From assembly GCF_964204645.1 (NCBI RefSeq), contig NC_134029.1:14502950-14566949 (forward strand): a DNA stretch of 64,000 nt, given 5' to 3'. Both the position numbers and the translations under genes were made by a program. The notes under the pieces are model-generated. The model saw only the letters and a program-made list of their open reading frames with translations, did no database searches and was not told the DNA's origin. Within the stretch, counting starts at the first letter, position 1. Every line of letters begins with the position of its first letter. This document shows positions 11,685-25,231 of this stretch, one piece after another. The stretch is from Tubulanus polymorphus (lineage: Eukaryota > Animalia > Nemertea).

Positions 11685-12712
11685 AACGGGTTTTCTGAGC
11701 AGGCGTGCTATTCATAGTTTGAAAAGTGGATAATAGAAATATATCAATACGGGATACGCTTTTGACGTGTCAAGTCACACCAATGCGGTTTAACATAACA
11801 TAATTTATAGTTATAGTCAAATTGGGGGTTACTCGAGTCGTTTAGTTGTCTGCGGAGTCGAGTACCGGTTACCCGTCTGTAACATTGGTTACGGAAACGA
11901 CTCGTCAGCTTGATGAGTTGTATGTATTATGATTGTGCGCCACCTGCATCTTCCGAAATAATGTTCATATAATTATTTGAATGGAGGATTGAAATCAATT
12001 ATCAACGTACATCTGAATATGTAATAGTCCTTAGTAACTTTCTGTTGCAGAGGGCATAGAAAAGATTTTGAAATTATTTAATTAAAATATAAATTTTATT
12101 TACGAAAAATAAACTATTATGGTCAGTACAAATTGAAAATTCATAGTGTATTTTTAAGAACAAGCTTACATAGCTTACAGAATACATCACGTACATTTGA
12201 ATTTTATTAGTGATGGGTAAAAATCAACGTGTGACAGAAAAAAATGTTGTTAATTATTTAACAATATCGAAATATTTGCTCTTTTTTAAACTAATGGAGT
12301 GATACGCAATTAATCACATGGCCTGTATTAAAAGATAGAACATACAAGTTGGATATTTATAAGTCGAAACATGTGAACAGAAACTAAAACTTTGATGTCA
12401 GTGACCAGTATCGAATTACACAACGACAATTGGCTTTAAACTCAACAAACATTATTAAAGAATGTTTCAAACAAAATGCTTTATATAACGACATGAATAA
12501 ACTTGTTTTACAAAACAAGAAAGTACATTTTGAACTTTTGAATGGTCGAATCCCATTTATTCACAGTAACCTGTGATGTGGCGATCCTCGGAGCCATCAT
12601 TCTTGATGACGTCACTAACAAGTGGTCACGGCCGTCGCGTGCACTCATTTCTTTGAAAATCTAGCTTCCTCGCGGAGCGGGACCTAGTGACGCTGCGCCC
12701 CGCCCCCTTCGC
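11685..12712 (+). repeat. ~1-kb interspersed repeat, second copy at 57961-58979
   Basis: Colinear high-identity match from AACGGGTTTTCTGAGCAGGCG to GACGCTGCGCCCCG. Confidence 0.9.
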
Positions 12713-13029
12713 GCTGAGAAATATCTTATTCCCAGTCAGCAAAGACAGGTTCTAATGATCATAAAGTGCATCGCTGGAGGGTTTCCGATCCAATTTGAAT
12801 TGGTGCGGTGGCGCTTTCAATGCGGAAGTTTTTGTGAATTTTTCAGTCGGCGACGGATGTTTATCGTTGTAAGTGATGTAATATGTAAAAAATGGGTGCG
12901 ATTTAAGAATAGGGGACTATAGCGGGTGGTAGCTCCCGTAAATTGTCTACAGATGGTACCTGGCGATACTTAGCAATCCAAAAGGGACTGGTGGATAGAT
13001 GGCGGTGCGACATAGCCTACACATGATGA

Positions 13030-13372
13030 TAAAGAGAGAACGTGGATTTTATGACTGACAACTCTACAGTTCTACACCTCAACAACTGACAAAGATATAG
13101 AGAGAATGTGGCTTTGGTACAGACAACTCTACAGCTCTACACCTCGACACCTCAACAACTGACAGAGATATAGAGAGAATGTGGTTTTGGTACAGACAAC
13201 TCTACACCTCGACACCTCAACAACTGACAAAGATATAGAGAGTATGTGGTTTTGGTACAGACAACTCTACACCTCTACACCTCGACACCTCAACAACTGA
13301 AAAAAAATATATATATAGAACGTGGTACATGTACAGACAACTCTACAGCTCTGCAGCTCTACGACTACACCT
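13030..13372. repeat. Minisatellite, ~60-70-bp unit (ACAGACAACTCTACACCTCGACACCTCAACAACTGAC...)
   Basis: About 5 visible imperfect units. Confidence 0.85.
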
Positions 13373-13402
13373 CAAAAAATGTTGAACAGATTCAGATAAA
13401 AG

Positions 13403-13820
13403 ATGAGTGAGTGTACTGTGTACAGTGTACTGTGTACTTTGTACTGTGAGTGTGAGAGAGTGAGTGTGTACGGTGAGTGAGAGTGAGAGTGGGTGTGTAC
13501 TGTGAGTGTCAGTGAGTGACAGTGTTTGAGTGAGAGTGAGACTGTGAGTGACTGTGAGCGTGTACGGTGAGTGAGAGTGTGTACTGTGAGTGTTTGAGTG
13601 AGAGTGCAATGTGAGTGTCAGTGACTGTAAGCGTGTACGGTACTGTGAGAGTGAGTGTACTGTGAGAGCTACGAGCAATTATCTAAACTAGATAATTGCT
13701 CGTAGGTGAGACTGAGTGTGTAGTTTGAGTACGAGTGAGAATGAGAGTGTCTAATAATTTAGTGTGAGTGTAAGCGTGTACTGTGAGTGAGAGTGAGTGT
13801 ACGGTACTGGGACTGTGTGT
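13403..13820. repeat. GTGA/GAGT low-complexity tract containing a 37-bp hairpin at 13669-13705
   Basis: Direct reading; the ORF at 13343-13678 is a translation artefact. Confidence 0.85.
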
Positions 13821-15451
13821 TAAGATCGTAGGTTTGGCATGTGAATTGTGAATATGGAGGTACCCCCTTATTTTGTTGTCTCTTCATTTTTTTTGTGGTG
13901 TCTGTTTTTGTCACCGTAATGTTGTTTTCCATTTATCCAAAGAACGGGTGTTAAATTACTGGTTGAAATTGTATCATTGGCGGCTTTTCCGTTGCGCCCG
14001 CTGGACACCCCGCTTCAGATGATAGTAGTCGGACGGTTTTTGGTGGTAATTAGTGTGAAATCATGGCGGGCCGTGTTCGTTTATTTGTGATTCTATTGGC
14101 AAAAGGTAGAAAGTTTCTAATGTCCGAACGACAGTACCGGTAGCGCCGCTACTTAGCAATAATAATAACTAATGTTATTGACGATGTTTTGTTAAGTGGA
14201 AAGACGCCGAGTACCAGTATATATCCGATAGGTTCAAATCCCCATTTTCTTCGGGATAATTTGATTTTAAAATAGCGATCGTTTTAATAGATTTGGTGCA
14301 CCTTATTAAACTTACCCACCGTCAACACACCTGCCGGATGTGAAACAGGGGACGTCCTATTCCAATGACGCTAAAGATTTTGTGTGAATTTTATGGTACT
14401 GTAACGGCGGTATGAATTAAATTCAGCTTAGACTGAGAGTAAAGTATTTTAAGGCAAACTCTAATGGGCTAACTGCACATCTTCGAAAGACTTCTCATCC
14501 ATCGATACTTGATAAAAATGAAATAAAACATCTAGTTCCAATTATCTCATGTAAGCATAACATTTATTTTGAAAATCTCAACCATACATCAAAACATTTT
14601 AAAGCCTTCTATATCAAATGCAATCTTTTGCTAACATAAACAATAGACAAATGGCCATATCTCTATCATATTAATTATATCACGAATGCTTAATATTGCG
14701 ATATTAATTGAAATCGTTCAACCAACAAATGAATTTAGTTAACGTGATATCATCACAAACCATTCATATCCTTGGCAAAGGACTTATAAGATTTTAGAAT
14801 ATCCAAACAGGAAAACTTTAGTCTCATTTCTATGCGAGTAGAAATACATTATCATTATAACATCCATATCTTTGCATTATATATAACATCCATATCTGTG
14901 CATTATATATATGTTTATAATGTCATATCTCTTAATAATAATCAATCCAATAATTAAATTAATAATACTAATTTATTTATAAATTAATAATTGATAACTA
15001 AACTATCAACTCTGCTATAATTGAGTTACACATGAGGTAAAAAAATTATGACATAAAAACTCCTGTCAGCGTAATAGGAGTAACTGTCTAATACATGAAA
15101 TAACACATTTTATACAATGAACTGGGCTCTGAATCTGATGAAAATATTCAATCTGAGATCTTACGAATGATGTTATTTTTAGCCCTCTACTTCTGAAAAC
15201 TGAATAGCGCGCTGTGAACTTCAACTTCAAAACAAATTTGTTGAACAGCAGTGTATCGAAAAATTGTACGTACAGTGTACCGCGAACTGAACGCGGCGTC
15301 TTCTCACTTAGAAAATTATCGACTTGACAGATTAGTTCGATTTTCGACCGCGGCGGCGCTATACGACATTGGACAAAATCCAACGTGGTTAACGAATGCA
15401 GACGCGTTTTCGGTGCTCTCTTAATATTTCAACACGACAACTACAGATACA

Positions 15452-16216
15452 ATGGCACCAACCACGAAATCTATTAGATCTTCACCAGATACAAAGCTGC
15501 GAGCCAAGAATAAAAATCAATCGCAAGACGAGTTGGATGTACATTCGGCAATTTCGGAAATATTTAGCCAACTAAAGAAGCTCGATAAACTGGATGTACT
15601 AGATAATCTAATCGCGGAGATCGCCAATCTGACGAAATCGTTAGAATTTTGTCATGAAACTATCAACGAGCTAAAGCTAGAAAACCAACGATTAGAAAAG
15701 GACGTAGCGGAAAATAGTGAAGCGAAAGAGGTTATCCTAGCACAGCAACGAGCGGATCATGAAGCGTTACTGGATTTGCAGTGGAGATCTATGCGCGAAA
15801 ACGCGATCTTCTACTCGATCAAAGAAGAGGAAAATGAGGACTGCAATGACAAAATACAGAAATTCATACAAAATGATCTAGGAATTGCGGACTTCAAACC
15901 GGTACTCGATCGAGTACACAGATTGGGAGGACATAAACGCGGAAAAACCAGACCGATAGTAGCGAAATTCCATAAATACACCGACAAGGAAAGAGTTCTT
16001 AGCGCAGGTCGTAATCTGACTGGAACCTCGTTTGGAATGTCCGAACAAATTCCAAAAGAATGGCAGGATCGGAGAAAATCGCGAATGGGTGAATATCGGG
16101 ATGCGAAAAAGAATGGTTATAAAGTGAAATTCGTTAGAGATAAACTAATCGTAAACGGTAAAGAAGTGTTCCCTCGTGGGGCGAACCACGCGCCGCGCCC
16201 GACGCACCGCGAATAG
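15452..16216 (+). CDS. LINE ORF1p (coiled coil + L1-type RRM/CTD)
   Basis: Coiled coil followed by RENAIFYSIKE, DRVHRLG and RPIVAKF motifs. Confidence 0.85.
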   Translation: MAPTTKSIRSSPDTKLRAKNKNQSQDELDVHSAISEIFSQLKKLDKLDVLDNLIAEIANLTKSLEFCHETINELKLENQRLEKDVAENSEAKEVILAQQRADHEALLDLQWRSMRENAIFYSIKEEENEDCNDKIQKFIQNDLGIADFKPVLDRVHRLGGHKRGKTRPIVAKFHKYTDKERVLSAGRNLTGTSFGMSEQIPKEWQDRRKSRMGEYRDAKKNGYKVKFVRDKLIVNGKEVFPRGANHAPRPTHRE

Positions 16217-19200
16217 GATGTTGCCGAGACCAACATACGGATTGCGGCATTAAATGTTAGTGGATTATTTAACAAAATGAAATCACCTGACTTAGGCGAA
16301 TGTATAACACAATTTGACTTTTTTTGTTTATCGGAAACTAAACTCGATGCGTGCGACTCGGAATTAGTTAAAGAACAACTACCTAGCGGATATAGTGCTA
16401 TTTTTAAGAACAGACATAATCTAGCCGTTAGAAAATCTGGCGGAATTGGGATAATATACCGAAGCGAATATAGTAAATATGTCAAAGAAATACAAACCGA
16501 AAATAAGGACATATTATGGCTCCAAATTGATAAATGTGTGTTTAATACTGAGAAAGACGTTCTCTTAGGTAGTATTTATGTTCCACCAGAAGGCTCGAAG
16601 TTTTTTAACAACGATAAATTCGACGACATTGAAATAGAAATTGCATTTCAAAAAATAGAAAGGGATGTCTTTGTTTGTATAGGGGGTGATTTCAATGCTA
16701 GAACGGGTAAACTTAAAGATTATGTTATAGAAAATGACCTTGATGATATTAATCCTTTCAACCGCCAAATGGCAAATATAACCCATAGAAACAATAAGGA
16801 CTCCAGAATCAACACAGCTGGCTATCAGTTAATTGATCTTTGTAAAAGACTAGAGCTTTTGATTGTTAATGGGAGGGCGCCTGGGGATTTAGAGGGTAAT
16901 TATACATTCAAAGAAAACAGCGTAATTGATTACTTTGTTTACTCAGTAGACGTGTTTGTATCAATCGGCCAGTTAAGTGTCGACACTTTTAATCCTTTAT
17001 TTTCAGATGGTCACCATCTTGTGACGATTGAATTGAATAATAAAAGTTGCCCAGCCAATAGAGTTACTGATACAATACCTAGGCACAAACCTATCAAATC
17101 TATTAAATGGCAAAGAGACAAATCTCAACAATATAGAACGCTAATTAACAATGCGGAATTGACCGAGTTTAATAGAAATTTAACTAATGTAAATCCCACA
17201 ACTATTAACAAAAATTCAGTCGATGACTTGACAAACAAACTTTCGAATATAATGGTCACAGCCGCAGATTCCTGCGGTATTTCCAGATTAAGTCGGCCTA
17301 GAAAAGTAACCACTAAAGGGAGACATAAATGGTATGATAATGAATGCAAGAGACTAAAAAAGATATTTGATAGTCGTAGGAACAAATATAGATACAACAA
17401 AGTGGATACGAATTTAAATGATATGAAAATTGCTGGCAAAAACTATAAAAAAGCTATGTTTGAACGTCAAAAATCCGCCGAGACTACATTTATTAATGAA
17501 CTAAGATCCTGTGAATCAAAAGATCCAAAACAATTCTGGAAATTGATAAATTCGCACAGCAATTCTAACATTCCAACTGACACTGTCACCCTTACATCCA
17601 ATGACTTTTTTGATCACTTCGCTGACCTAAACGCTCACGATGAGACTGAAGTTTTGGATACGGAAACAGATCTACTTTTAGACGATATAGATGACTCTAT
17701 GCTTAATGCTGAAATAACTATGCTAGAATTAAATAAAGCCATTTCTTCCTTAAAAAACAACAAAGCTACCGGTATGGATCTAATTTGTAATGAAATGATA
17801 AAAAATTCCGATGATAACTTACGCTCATCCTTTCTTCAACTCTTTAATATTGTATTGATGAGTGGCATTATCCCAGAAAGCTGGACTATAGGCTCTATTA
17901 AACCGATATTTAAGAATAAAGGCAATATTAATTGTACGGATAATTATAGAGGTAAAACGCTAGTTAGTTGTTTAGGCAAACTTTTTACAAATATCCTTAA
18001 TAATAGATTAACATGTTTTATGAAGGTAAATCAACTTTTAAGTGAAAATCAAGCAGGTTTTAGAGCGGGGTATTCTACTACCGATCATCTATTCACATTT
18101 AAATCTATTGTTGAGCTATACCTTAATCAAGGTAGACGTCTTTTCTGTTGCTTCGTAGACTTCCGCAAGGCCTTTGACTCCGTATGGAGAATTGCTTTAT
18201 GGAAAAAGATGATGGCTTTAGGTATAAAAGGTCTCTTTTTTAACACCGTTCACAACCTCTATTTGAATTCCAAATCGTGTGTATCGTTTAAAGGTGATAC
18301 TTCAAATTTTTTCCCTTCAAACATCGGAGTAAGACAGGGTGAAAGTCTTTCTCCCCTGTTATTCGCTATTTTCCCTAACGATATTGATAAATTCTTCAAC
18401 GATAACAATAGTAACTCACTCACCTTTATTAGCAAACTATACAAATAAAGTTTTGAAGAAGAAATTGAGGTATTACTGAAATTATTTGTATTATTATATG
18501 CAGACGACACAATTTTATTTGCAGAATCAGAATCTGAATTACAAAAAAATTTAGATATACTATATGATTATTGCCAAGTAAACAAGTTATTTGTTAACAT
18601 TGATAAAACGAAAATAATGATGTTCGCAAGATCGAAGCAAAGATTAAAAAACCTTCCCGATTTTCTATTCGGTGATGAGACATTGGAAAGAGTAGATGAG
18701 TACAATTATCTTGGAATTTTGTTTAATTGGGATGGAAAATTTACAAAAGCGAAAAAAGCAATTCACGACAAAGCTGTTCGAGCAATGTTTGCTATTATTC
18801 AAAAAGGCAGAAGATGTAATCTTCCTCCAGACTTACTTTTTAAATTATTTGATTGTTGTGTGGCACCAATTCTATTGTACGGGTGTGAAATATGGGGCCA
18901 TGAAAATATCGATATACTAGAAAAAGTCCACACAAGGTTTTGTAAATTAGTTCTAAAAGTACCAAAATTCTGCCATAATACTATGATATATGGCGAGACT
19001 GGCACATTACCTTTATCGACTACTATTAAACTTAGAATGATTAAATATTGGAACAAAACTTTAAATGCTAACAAGTCAAAGCTGAATCTAGTAATGTATA
19101 ATATTTTGTACGACTTATACAGAAAAGATTTATATGTATCTGATTGGATTTGCCAAATTAAGGAAATTATACAAAAATGTGGGCTGAACTTGTGTGGCAA

Positions 19201-19674
19201 GACCAGGTAATCGATCTACGGTCGATAAATATCATAAAGCAATCTCTAAAAGATAGATACATTCAGACATGGAGGGAAAAATTTCAAAATAGTGACATAC
19301 GCGTAAATTATAGAATCTTTAAACTTAAATATGATTATGAAAACTATTTATCCGTTGTACCGAACCACCTCATGTATAGTCTCGCTGAATTTCGGATCGG
19401 TAGCCGTAAAGTAGATGCCAACAAATTTAGTAATGTAAATATTGATAGAAACGAACGTATTTGTACATATTGTAGTCTTAAAAATATCGGTTATGAATTC
19501 CATTTTCTTTTTGAGTGTTCCAAACTATACAATATACGAAGAGTTTTCTTAACACCTTTTTATGTAAATAGACCAAACACTTTTAAAATGTCACAATTAT
19601 TTAATGCTGTAAATAACAATATATTAATTAAACTCGCAAGATTTGTAAATGCTGGTCTCAAGCTACTTAAGTAA
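16217..19674 (+). pseudogene. LINE ORF2p endonuclease/reverse transcriptase (stop at 18446-18448, frameshift ~19190)
   Basis: APE: NVSGL, LSET, GDFNAR, VIDY, SDGH. RT: QAGFR, FVDFRKAFDSV, GVRQGESLSPLLF, with LYADD just after the stop. C-terminal ERICTYC..EFHFLFEC. Confidence 0.93.
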
Positions 19675-20035
19675 AATTCATGTATACATATCTGTTATCT
19701 CTATTATTATTCTATTCTATGTGTATCTCTGTTTTCTTGTTTTTAAGTTTTGTAAATTATAAATTTTATTGTACAAATTCTTGTAACCTCTATGTACCAA
19801 TGTTTGGTTAGAGCGAAATAAATAAACCTAAACCTAAACCTAAACCAAAAGAAACTTTCTACCTTTTGCATTATATTGACGGATTAGTTTGGGTTGTTGT
19901 GGTTTCTAAGTAGTCTATTACTTTGACCAAAAAACGTCGGCTGTTGCAAGTTACAGTGGAGGTAATTATTTAGATGGCGGGTTGATATAAATTGTGTTAA
20001 CAACCTAGTCCCCTATTCTTGAATCTTACCTATAA

Positions 20036-20425
20036 GATGACTATAGTACACTATCCCTGATGGAATAATAAGCTTCACTCGACAAACTCGTTCCCGTACA
20101 TTTTTATCTCTGTTTCAGCACACACACAGCCCCTCTACCATCAATGCCTAACCCCTGTTCGACCAACTGTGGGCGTTTTCCTTTGAAACATAAGCCTAAT
20201 TGTAAAAGATAAGCATTAATCTATGTTAATGCTGCATCTTTATCATGAAACCTAAGAAAGATTATTCTATTATTTAGGCCTATTCAATTTTCTGTCCACT
20301 ACCACGTGGAAATAAGACCCAGTGAAAATTGTGCATCACGCTTTGACGAAGAAATTGGTTCTAGGCTATAAATTTTCAAACGAATCTTTTCCTCAACAAA
20401 GCCGCTTTTAGTTTGATGCAAAATG
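20036..20425 (+). repeat. Interspersed repeat, second copy at 60553-60935
   Basis: Colinear match from ATAGTACACTATCCCTGATGG to GTTTGATGCAAAATG. Confidence 0.85.
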
Positions 20426-22304
20426 AAATTTGCTTTTAAAATGTGTAACTATGCCTAATCAAAAGGATATTTCAAAAGCAAACTTTGCCGGGCCAAGAGC
20501 CATATTGAATTCAATTTTTTCCGAACCATTATGCCTCTTTCATCATAACATTATTTATCCTATTTCAAGATCTTAGGCCTACAAGTAGAGAGAGGGCCTA
20601 CGTTGGGTTCAAATCGGAATTTTAAGATTTATTACATTTAATTCCAGGTTTTCACTGTAGATTATCAAAGACATGTGGCGTTGTGGGAGTTCATAGTTGT
20701 TTGATAATCCATCATTTGTAAGTGTAAGGCTATTTGAGGGATTCGAAACCGACATTTTGTAAATTTTGTAGCTTCATTACGTTTAATTCCAGATGTTTAT
20801 CATGACAGGTTTCATTTTGGGGGTTTGTCAGCGAGTTGGTATGCTGTCGGCAGAAGTAGTTTGATAATTCGTTTCATGTAAGTAAACAGCTATTTGAAGG
20901 ATTCGAAACCGAAATCTGTATTGTGAATTTTTTAGTTGTATTTTGTTTGATTCTAGGTGAATAGGACATGATTCATTTTGGGAGTTTGTCCGCGAGTTTG
21001 TATACTGTCAAATGATGTTTCTTCGTCGATTTGTCGTATGTAAGTATCAATCTATAGGTTATATAGGCCCTATTAGGGGTTCGATACAGAAATTTGGTGA
21101 ATTCCTCAGATTTATTTTAATTTATTCCAGGTTGTTATAAGAAAAATATGTACTTTATTTCATAGGTTGGTCTTTGATTGAAAACTAAAAATGGATGATA
21201 GTTCTAAATTTGACGTTGATTCACTTGACCAATCTAGTAAGTATGGCTCACTCGTCTTTTAGAATAAGAGACCTATTGCATTAATCCTTCAATTCAAGTT
21301 GCTATACAACCTTTTATACAGATATTTACCTTATCAATATAAACATGTATTTGCCATTAGCCATACAATTCAGTAAAACTTTTCCCATGCAGATTTTGAA
21401 ATATCATTTGACTCAATTTTTCCTCATAGAAAATTGCTTTAGCTCATTCCAATGTTCCCAGTAAAAGTGAATGTAGCATGTATGATTCCCATCCATCAAT
21501 TTTGTCTTGTTTCGTATTTTTAGCGAAAATCTCGAAAAAGTCTGACGTCGAGGCAGGTGGTGGCCAGACAAAGACATATTCTTGGGAAATATTTAAAGAC
21601 GCTTGGCAAACACACTTATTGTTCACTTTTTTCCTATCCTTATTTTGAAATTGAAGTATTGTAATAAACTATTGATTTATTTTTGTTGATCAACACAACT
21701 AGTTTTGTTGTTTTCTTTTTTAATTTACATTTGAATTGGATGGTCATCTTGCGTAGAAGTCAGTTTGTCATCGAAGCAATACAGTCTAACTTGTTGACGT
21801 TTCAGATGCAGCGGGGTAGGGCGGTCATTATATTGTGGACTTATCCATATTACACTTACACAGCCCAACGTGTTTCAGTGTGTAAACTCCGTCGTACTCG
21901 GCATTATAAGACAGTGAGGAATTGAGTTTTAGTCACCTGAGCCCTCGGCTTGATTCGACCAAAAAGACCTTAACTGACTTCACAGAATTTGATTATGAGT
22001 CAAGGATTTTCTAAATTTCTGAATGCTTTCTCTGGTTTTAAGATCAATTCAAATTCAATCTTCAAAATATTTTATTGAAAGAAATTCTACTGAAGACAGA
22101 TTTTGAAATGAAGGATATATCCAGGCAAATAATTATAGCAAAATCAACTGATGATCATCAAGGTGAAGTTTTCATTCATCTTCGGCTAATTTGTCTACCC
22201 CTGATGATTGAAGCATTTTGGTTACTCGCGCCAATTAGTCAGCCACAGTCGATTTTCATGCCATCTGACCTCTTTCCATCTGTAATTAAGCAATCAAATG
22301 TAAG

Positions 22305-22498
22305 AATTACCAGGGAAGTGTGATGAGATGGAATACGGACGCTTTTAATTGCCGGATGTAGGCTATTCAATTCAGCCCGTACATCAAAGGTTACCGCAAC
22401 AGCAGTAAGCTACGCTTATCGAGTGTGTGTTACCAGCTGAACACCAGTCAACATCAACAGCGTCCGTATTCCATCTCATCACACTTCCCTGGAATTAC
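22305..22498. mobile_element. Small palindromic MITE
   Basis: CCAGGGAAGTGTGATGAGATGGAATACGGACGCT and its reverse complement at 22460-22492. Confidence 0.7.
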
Positions 22499-24154
22499 TT
22501 GCGAAATAATATATAGATATCTTAGGAGACTATTTGAAATCATGAGTTTGTTGTGAAAATCTATTACTACAGTCTCGTAGAGCATAGACACCAAGCCACG
22601 TGGCATTGGTATTTTAAGGGCTATTCAGTTTACTCCAAAACAAGTCAATGATTAACATTAAAAAAGCTTCATATCAAGGGTATGTCGCAGGACTCGTGAC
22701 GCCCATGAATTATCATCCCATAATTACAATGAATCCAATTATGCATGTACGTTAGCACGACTGATTACTAATCCAAATATTGCATTACAAAAAAATTACG
22801 CAAAACGTCAAGTACTTACAGCATCTGAGACAGTTGCGCTTAAGTTAGCGTGTTAAGTTACGTCTTTGGCTGTCAATGTCGAAAAAGCCTAATTTGAAAC
22901 ATACATTTGCGCACTGTGGTTTAATATTCCTGCAAGAATCCGCAAAGGAATTGAAGACCGTAGTGCCCAGTTCATTCCACGAATAATAGCTGGAAAGAAA
23001 GTAATCAAAATAAATTGTCATGCACATTCAGTGTAAACCAGGCCCTGCTATTAAGGCATTCCACTGACTGGCTCTACCCAGGGCCTAAATCTATTCTAGG
23101 CGCATCCCCCAAAAAAGCTAGGCATTAAGTAAGTAGGCAACAATGATCATTGCTTCACCGAGTAGGCCTACTCATTTGCTACCTAGTCAGTAACCTGTCT
23201 GTGGTTTAGTTTCACGATCGGATATTTTCACAAACCACAGTCAGGAATGGGAAGGTCATTTTTGTATGAAATCTTCGTCAGCCAATTTGACTGACGAGTA
23301 ATTTGCCTGGCATTTCATTGTCTCTTAAGATATCTGTCTAATTTTTGTTGTAATCGACGCACAACGGATTCGTAGTTTGTCTGATACCTATAACACCTCA
23401 CCTGACGATCTTAATCCATGTGCAAATCGGCCGTAAAGTGAGAGTAAATTTCCGTCCAGTCAACAGCTGCCATTTTGAAAATTACTGGAGGTGCTGGCAC
23501 CTGTGGACTGAGGCCAGGACAACAGCACAAACTAACAAAGCGAAACGACGAAATTAAAAAAAAATTAAGAAATCAACACTTATTCACATTTTTCTTTTAC
23601 CAGAAATTTATTATTTCATTATTTGTTATGGAAAACACGAAGATTTGTAATAAAAGTTGGAAAACCATCAAAAATAAAAATTGTCGTTTCGTCTTGGAAG
23701 TTTTATATAAATCCTTGCAGGTCCCCTTGACTTATCATGCCACATGTGTAATACAGAGAAATGGCGGCCAATGGCGAAATTTGTGGAGAAATTAATTAAT
23801 TTCTCAAAATAATGTTGATTAATCACTCGAAACATACATAAAATTGGATTATTTCGAAAGGTACCTGTGTTAGTTTGTGAATAAAGCCATTAATTGTGGA
23901 CTGAAGTGAATAGAAAGTATATTTTTTAAGTGTTACTTTTTTCAACCGTGTTTTGGTCCTTGTCATCCCTAACGTTGGTATAAGCCCATCCGATTATAAA
24001 AAGCTTACCACCAACGATTAGGTAACTAACTATTTGCTACCATACTCATATTATTAAAGAAATCATTTAATACATTCCCTGGTTAACGGATTCTCACTTT
24101 AAAATACATAAACTCCGCTGTCGTTGTCATCCATCCGAGTCGTCAACGCGGAAG

Positions 24155-24388
24155 TAAAATTCCGTGTGAAAATTCCTACAATTTCTGTCCATATCACGTT
24201 GATTTGACCCCGAAATCTTCAGGAAATGTAGCCAACGTAAATTGATTAACGAATAGAATTAATCAATTGACTCATTTTAGAAATCATGGTTTCGTGAAAT
24301 TCACTAAAGTCCTAAAACTCGCGATAAATTTAAGCCGAAAATGATTTCAACCATCCACCATGTTGTTTCATTGATAAAACAATTATTG
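24155..24388 (+). repeat. ~235-bp repeat, apparently identical copy at 27488-27724
   Basis: GTAAAATTCCGTGTG...AAACAATTATTGC at both loci. Confidence 0.9.
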
Positions 24389-24414
24389 CGTGCCGGCGCT
24401 GTACTGTGATAATG

Positions 24415-24484
24415 CATGGTTTCACTAGGATTCGAACCCTCGACCTCTCAGCTGGGAGTCAAACACCTTATCCACCATGCCACA
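24415..24484 (-). other. tRNA-derived (SINE-head-like) sequence with Pol III A and B boxes; related copy at ~47645-47700
   Basis: Minus strand reads TGGCATGGTGG...GGTTCGAATCC; no convincing full cloverleaf. Confidence 0.55.
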
Positions 24485-24863
24485 AGACAGGACGCTGTTT
24501 TTATCGTTAGTGGGAGTACCGCACAGGGCGAGTCGCGATTGCTACTATCATCCGGTGTTATCTTTCAGTAAGTAATTTTAAGTTTAAAATAGGACGGAGA
24601 GTGCATAGGTATAATCTACGCGGAGCGAATGCGTGTTATTTTACTATCAGAATTCTACATTTCAATTAGAAGCAGTTAGTTGTCGAATCTGATAGAAGAT
24701 GAATTTTATGTGCGAAAAAAAGTGGAAAATATGTAAATAATAATAATAACAATCAACAGAATTACAAAAGGGTTTTCGACGAAAGTCAGAAAACCCTAAT
24801 AATCACGCGAATTTCAATAGGGTTTTCTGTGCAGAAACAGAAAACCCTAAATATGTTATTAAA

Positions 24864-25217
24864 ATGGAGAGTAAACAAGCACACATTGAGAACAACAAAT
24901 CATTTCTAGATAGAATAAAAGATATCACAAATGCTAAATCAGTAGATTATAAATTTAAGAATTTAACAGAATTAACAATTCATAAGAAATATTTAATTAC
25001 AAATATTGATACAGTTTCTAACAAATATGAAGATAAATTAGTTATCCACTTAGAATATGAAGGATTAAAAGGAAATAAATATAAATTCAGAACATATTTA
25101 CCTGATAGATTTCATAGATTATCGAGTGAAGATTTAGAAGAATTATGTTCTGGTGATTACTATTTCATATATAAGGGTAAGAACGAAAAAGGGCACCATG
25201 AAATAGATTTCGAATAA
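24864..25217 (+). CDS. Polinton-associated small protein (possible OB-fold ssDNA-binding protein)
   Basis: Intact 117-aa ORF. The FKNLTEL..KKYLI..NKY..LVIHL..TYLPDRF pattern resembles a family I recall from invertebrate Mavericks; the fold is inference. Confidence 0.55.
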   Translation: MESKQAHIENNKSFLDRIKDITNAKSVDYKFKNLTELTIHKKYLITNIDTVSNKYEDKLVIHLEYEGLKGNKYKFRTYLPDRFHRLSSEDLEELCSGDYYFIYKGKNEKGHHEIDFE

Positions 25218-25231
25218 AATGTGTAAAATAA

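Larger units (their letters stand above)
15300..19846 (+). mobile_element. Near full-length non-LTR retrotransposon (APE-type LINE; RTEX-like architecture), 5' boundary approximate
   Basis: ORF1 + ORF2 (APE-RT-CCHC), AATAAA and (AAACCT)n tail at 19817-19846. Confidence 0.9.
7633..24850 (-). mobile_element. Nested Helentron-type non-autonomous elements (two ends at 7633 and 11662; two opposite ends at ~24802 and ~24850) carrying secondary insertions
   Basis: ATATAGCTGC-nnn-GCAGCGA-nnn-CGGGTTTTCTG occurs at 7633, 11662 and 45516. The complementary subterminal IR CAGAAAACCCT with hairpin and (AAT)n lies at 24735-24850. Confidence 0.5.

Noticed and set aside
16117-19200. Minus-strand ORFs overlapping the LINE
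   Set aside because: Antisense shadows of ORF2 with no motifs.
19817-19846. Telomeric repeat
   Set aside because: Only 3-4 units, directly after the LINE poly(A) signal; it is the retroelement tail.
24415-24484. Functional tRNA gene
   Set aside because: A/B boxes are present but the acceptor and anticodon stems are not convincing, and it lies inside a repeat.
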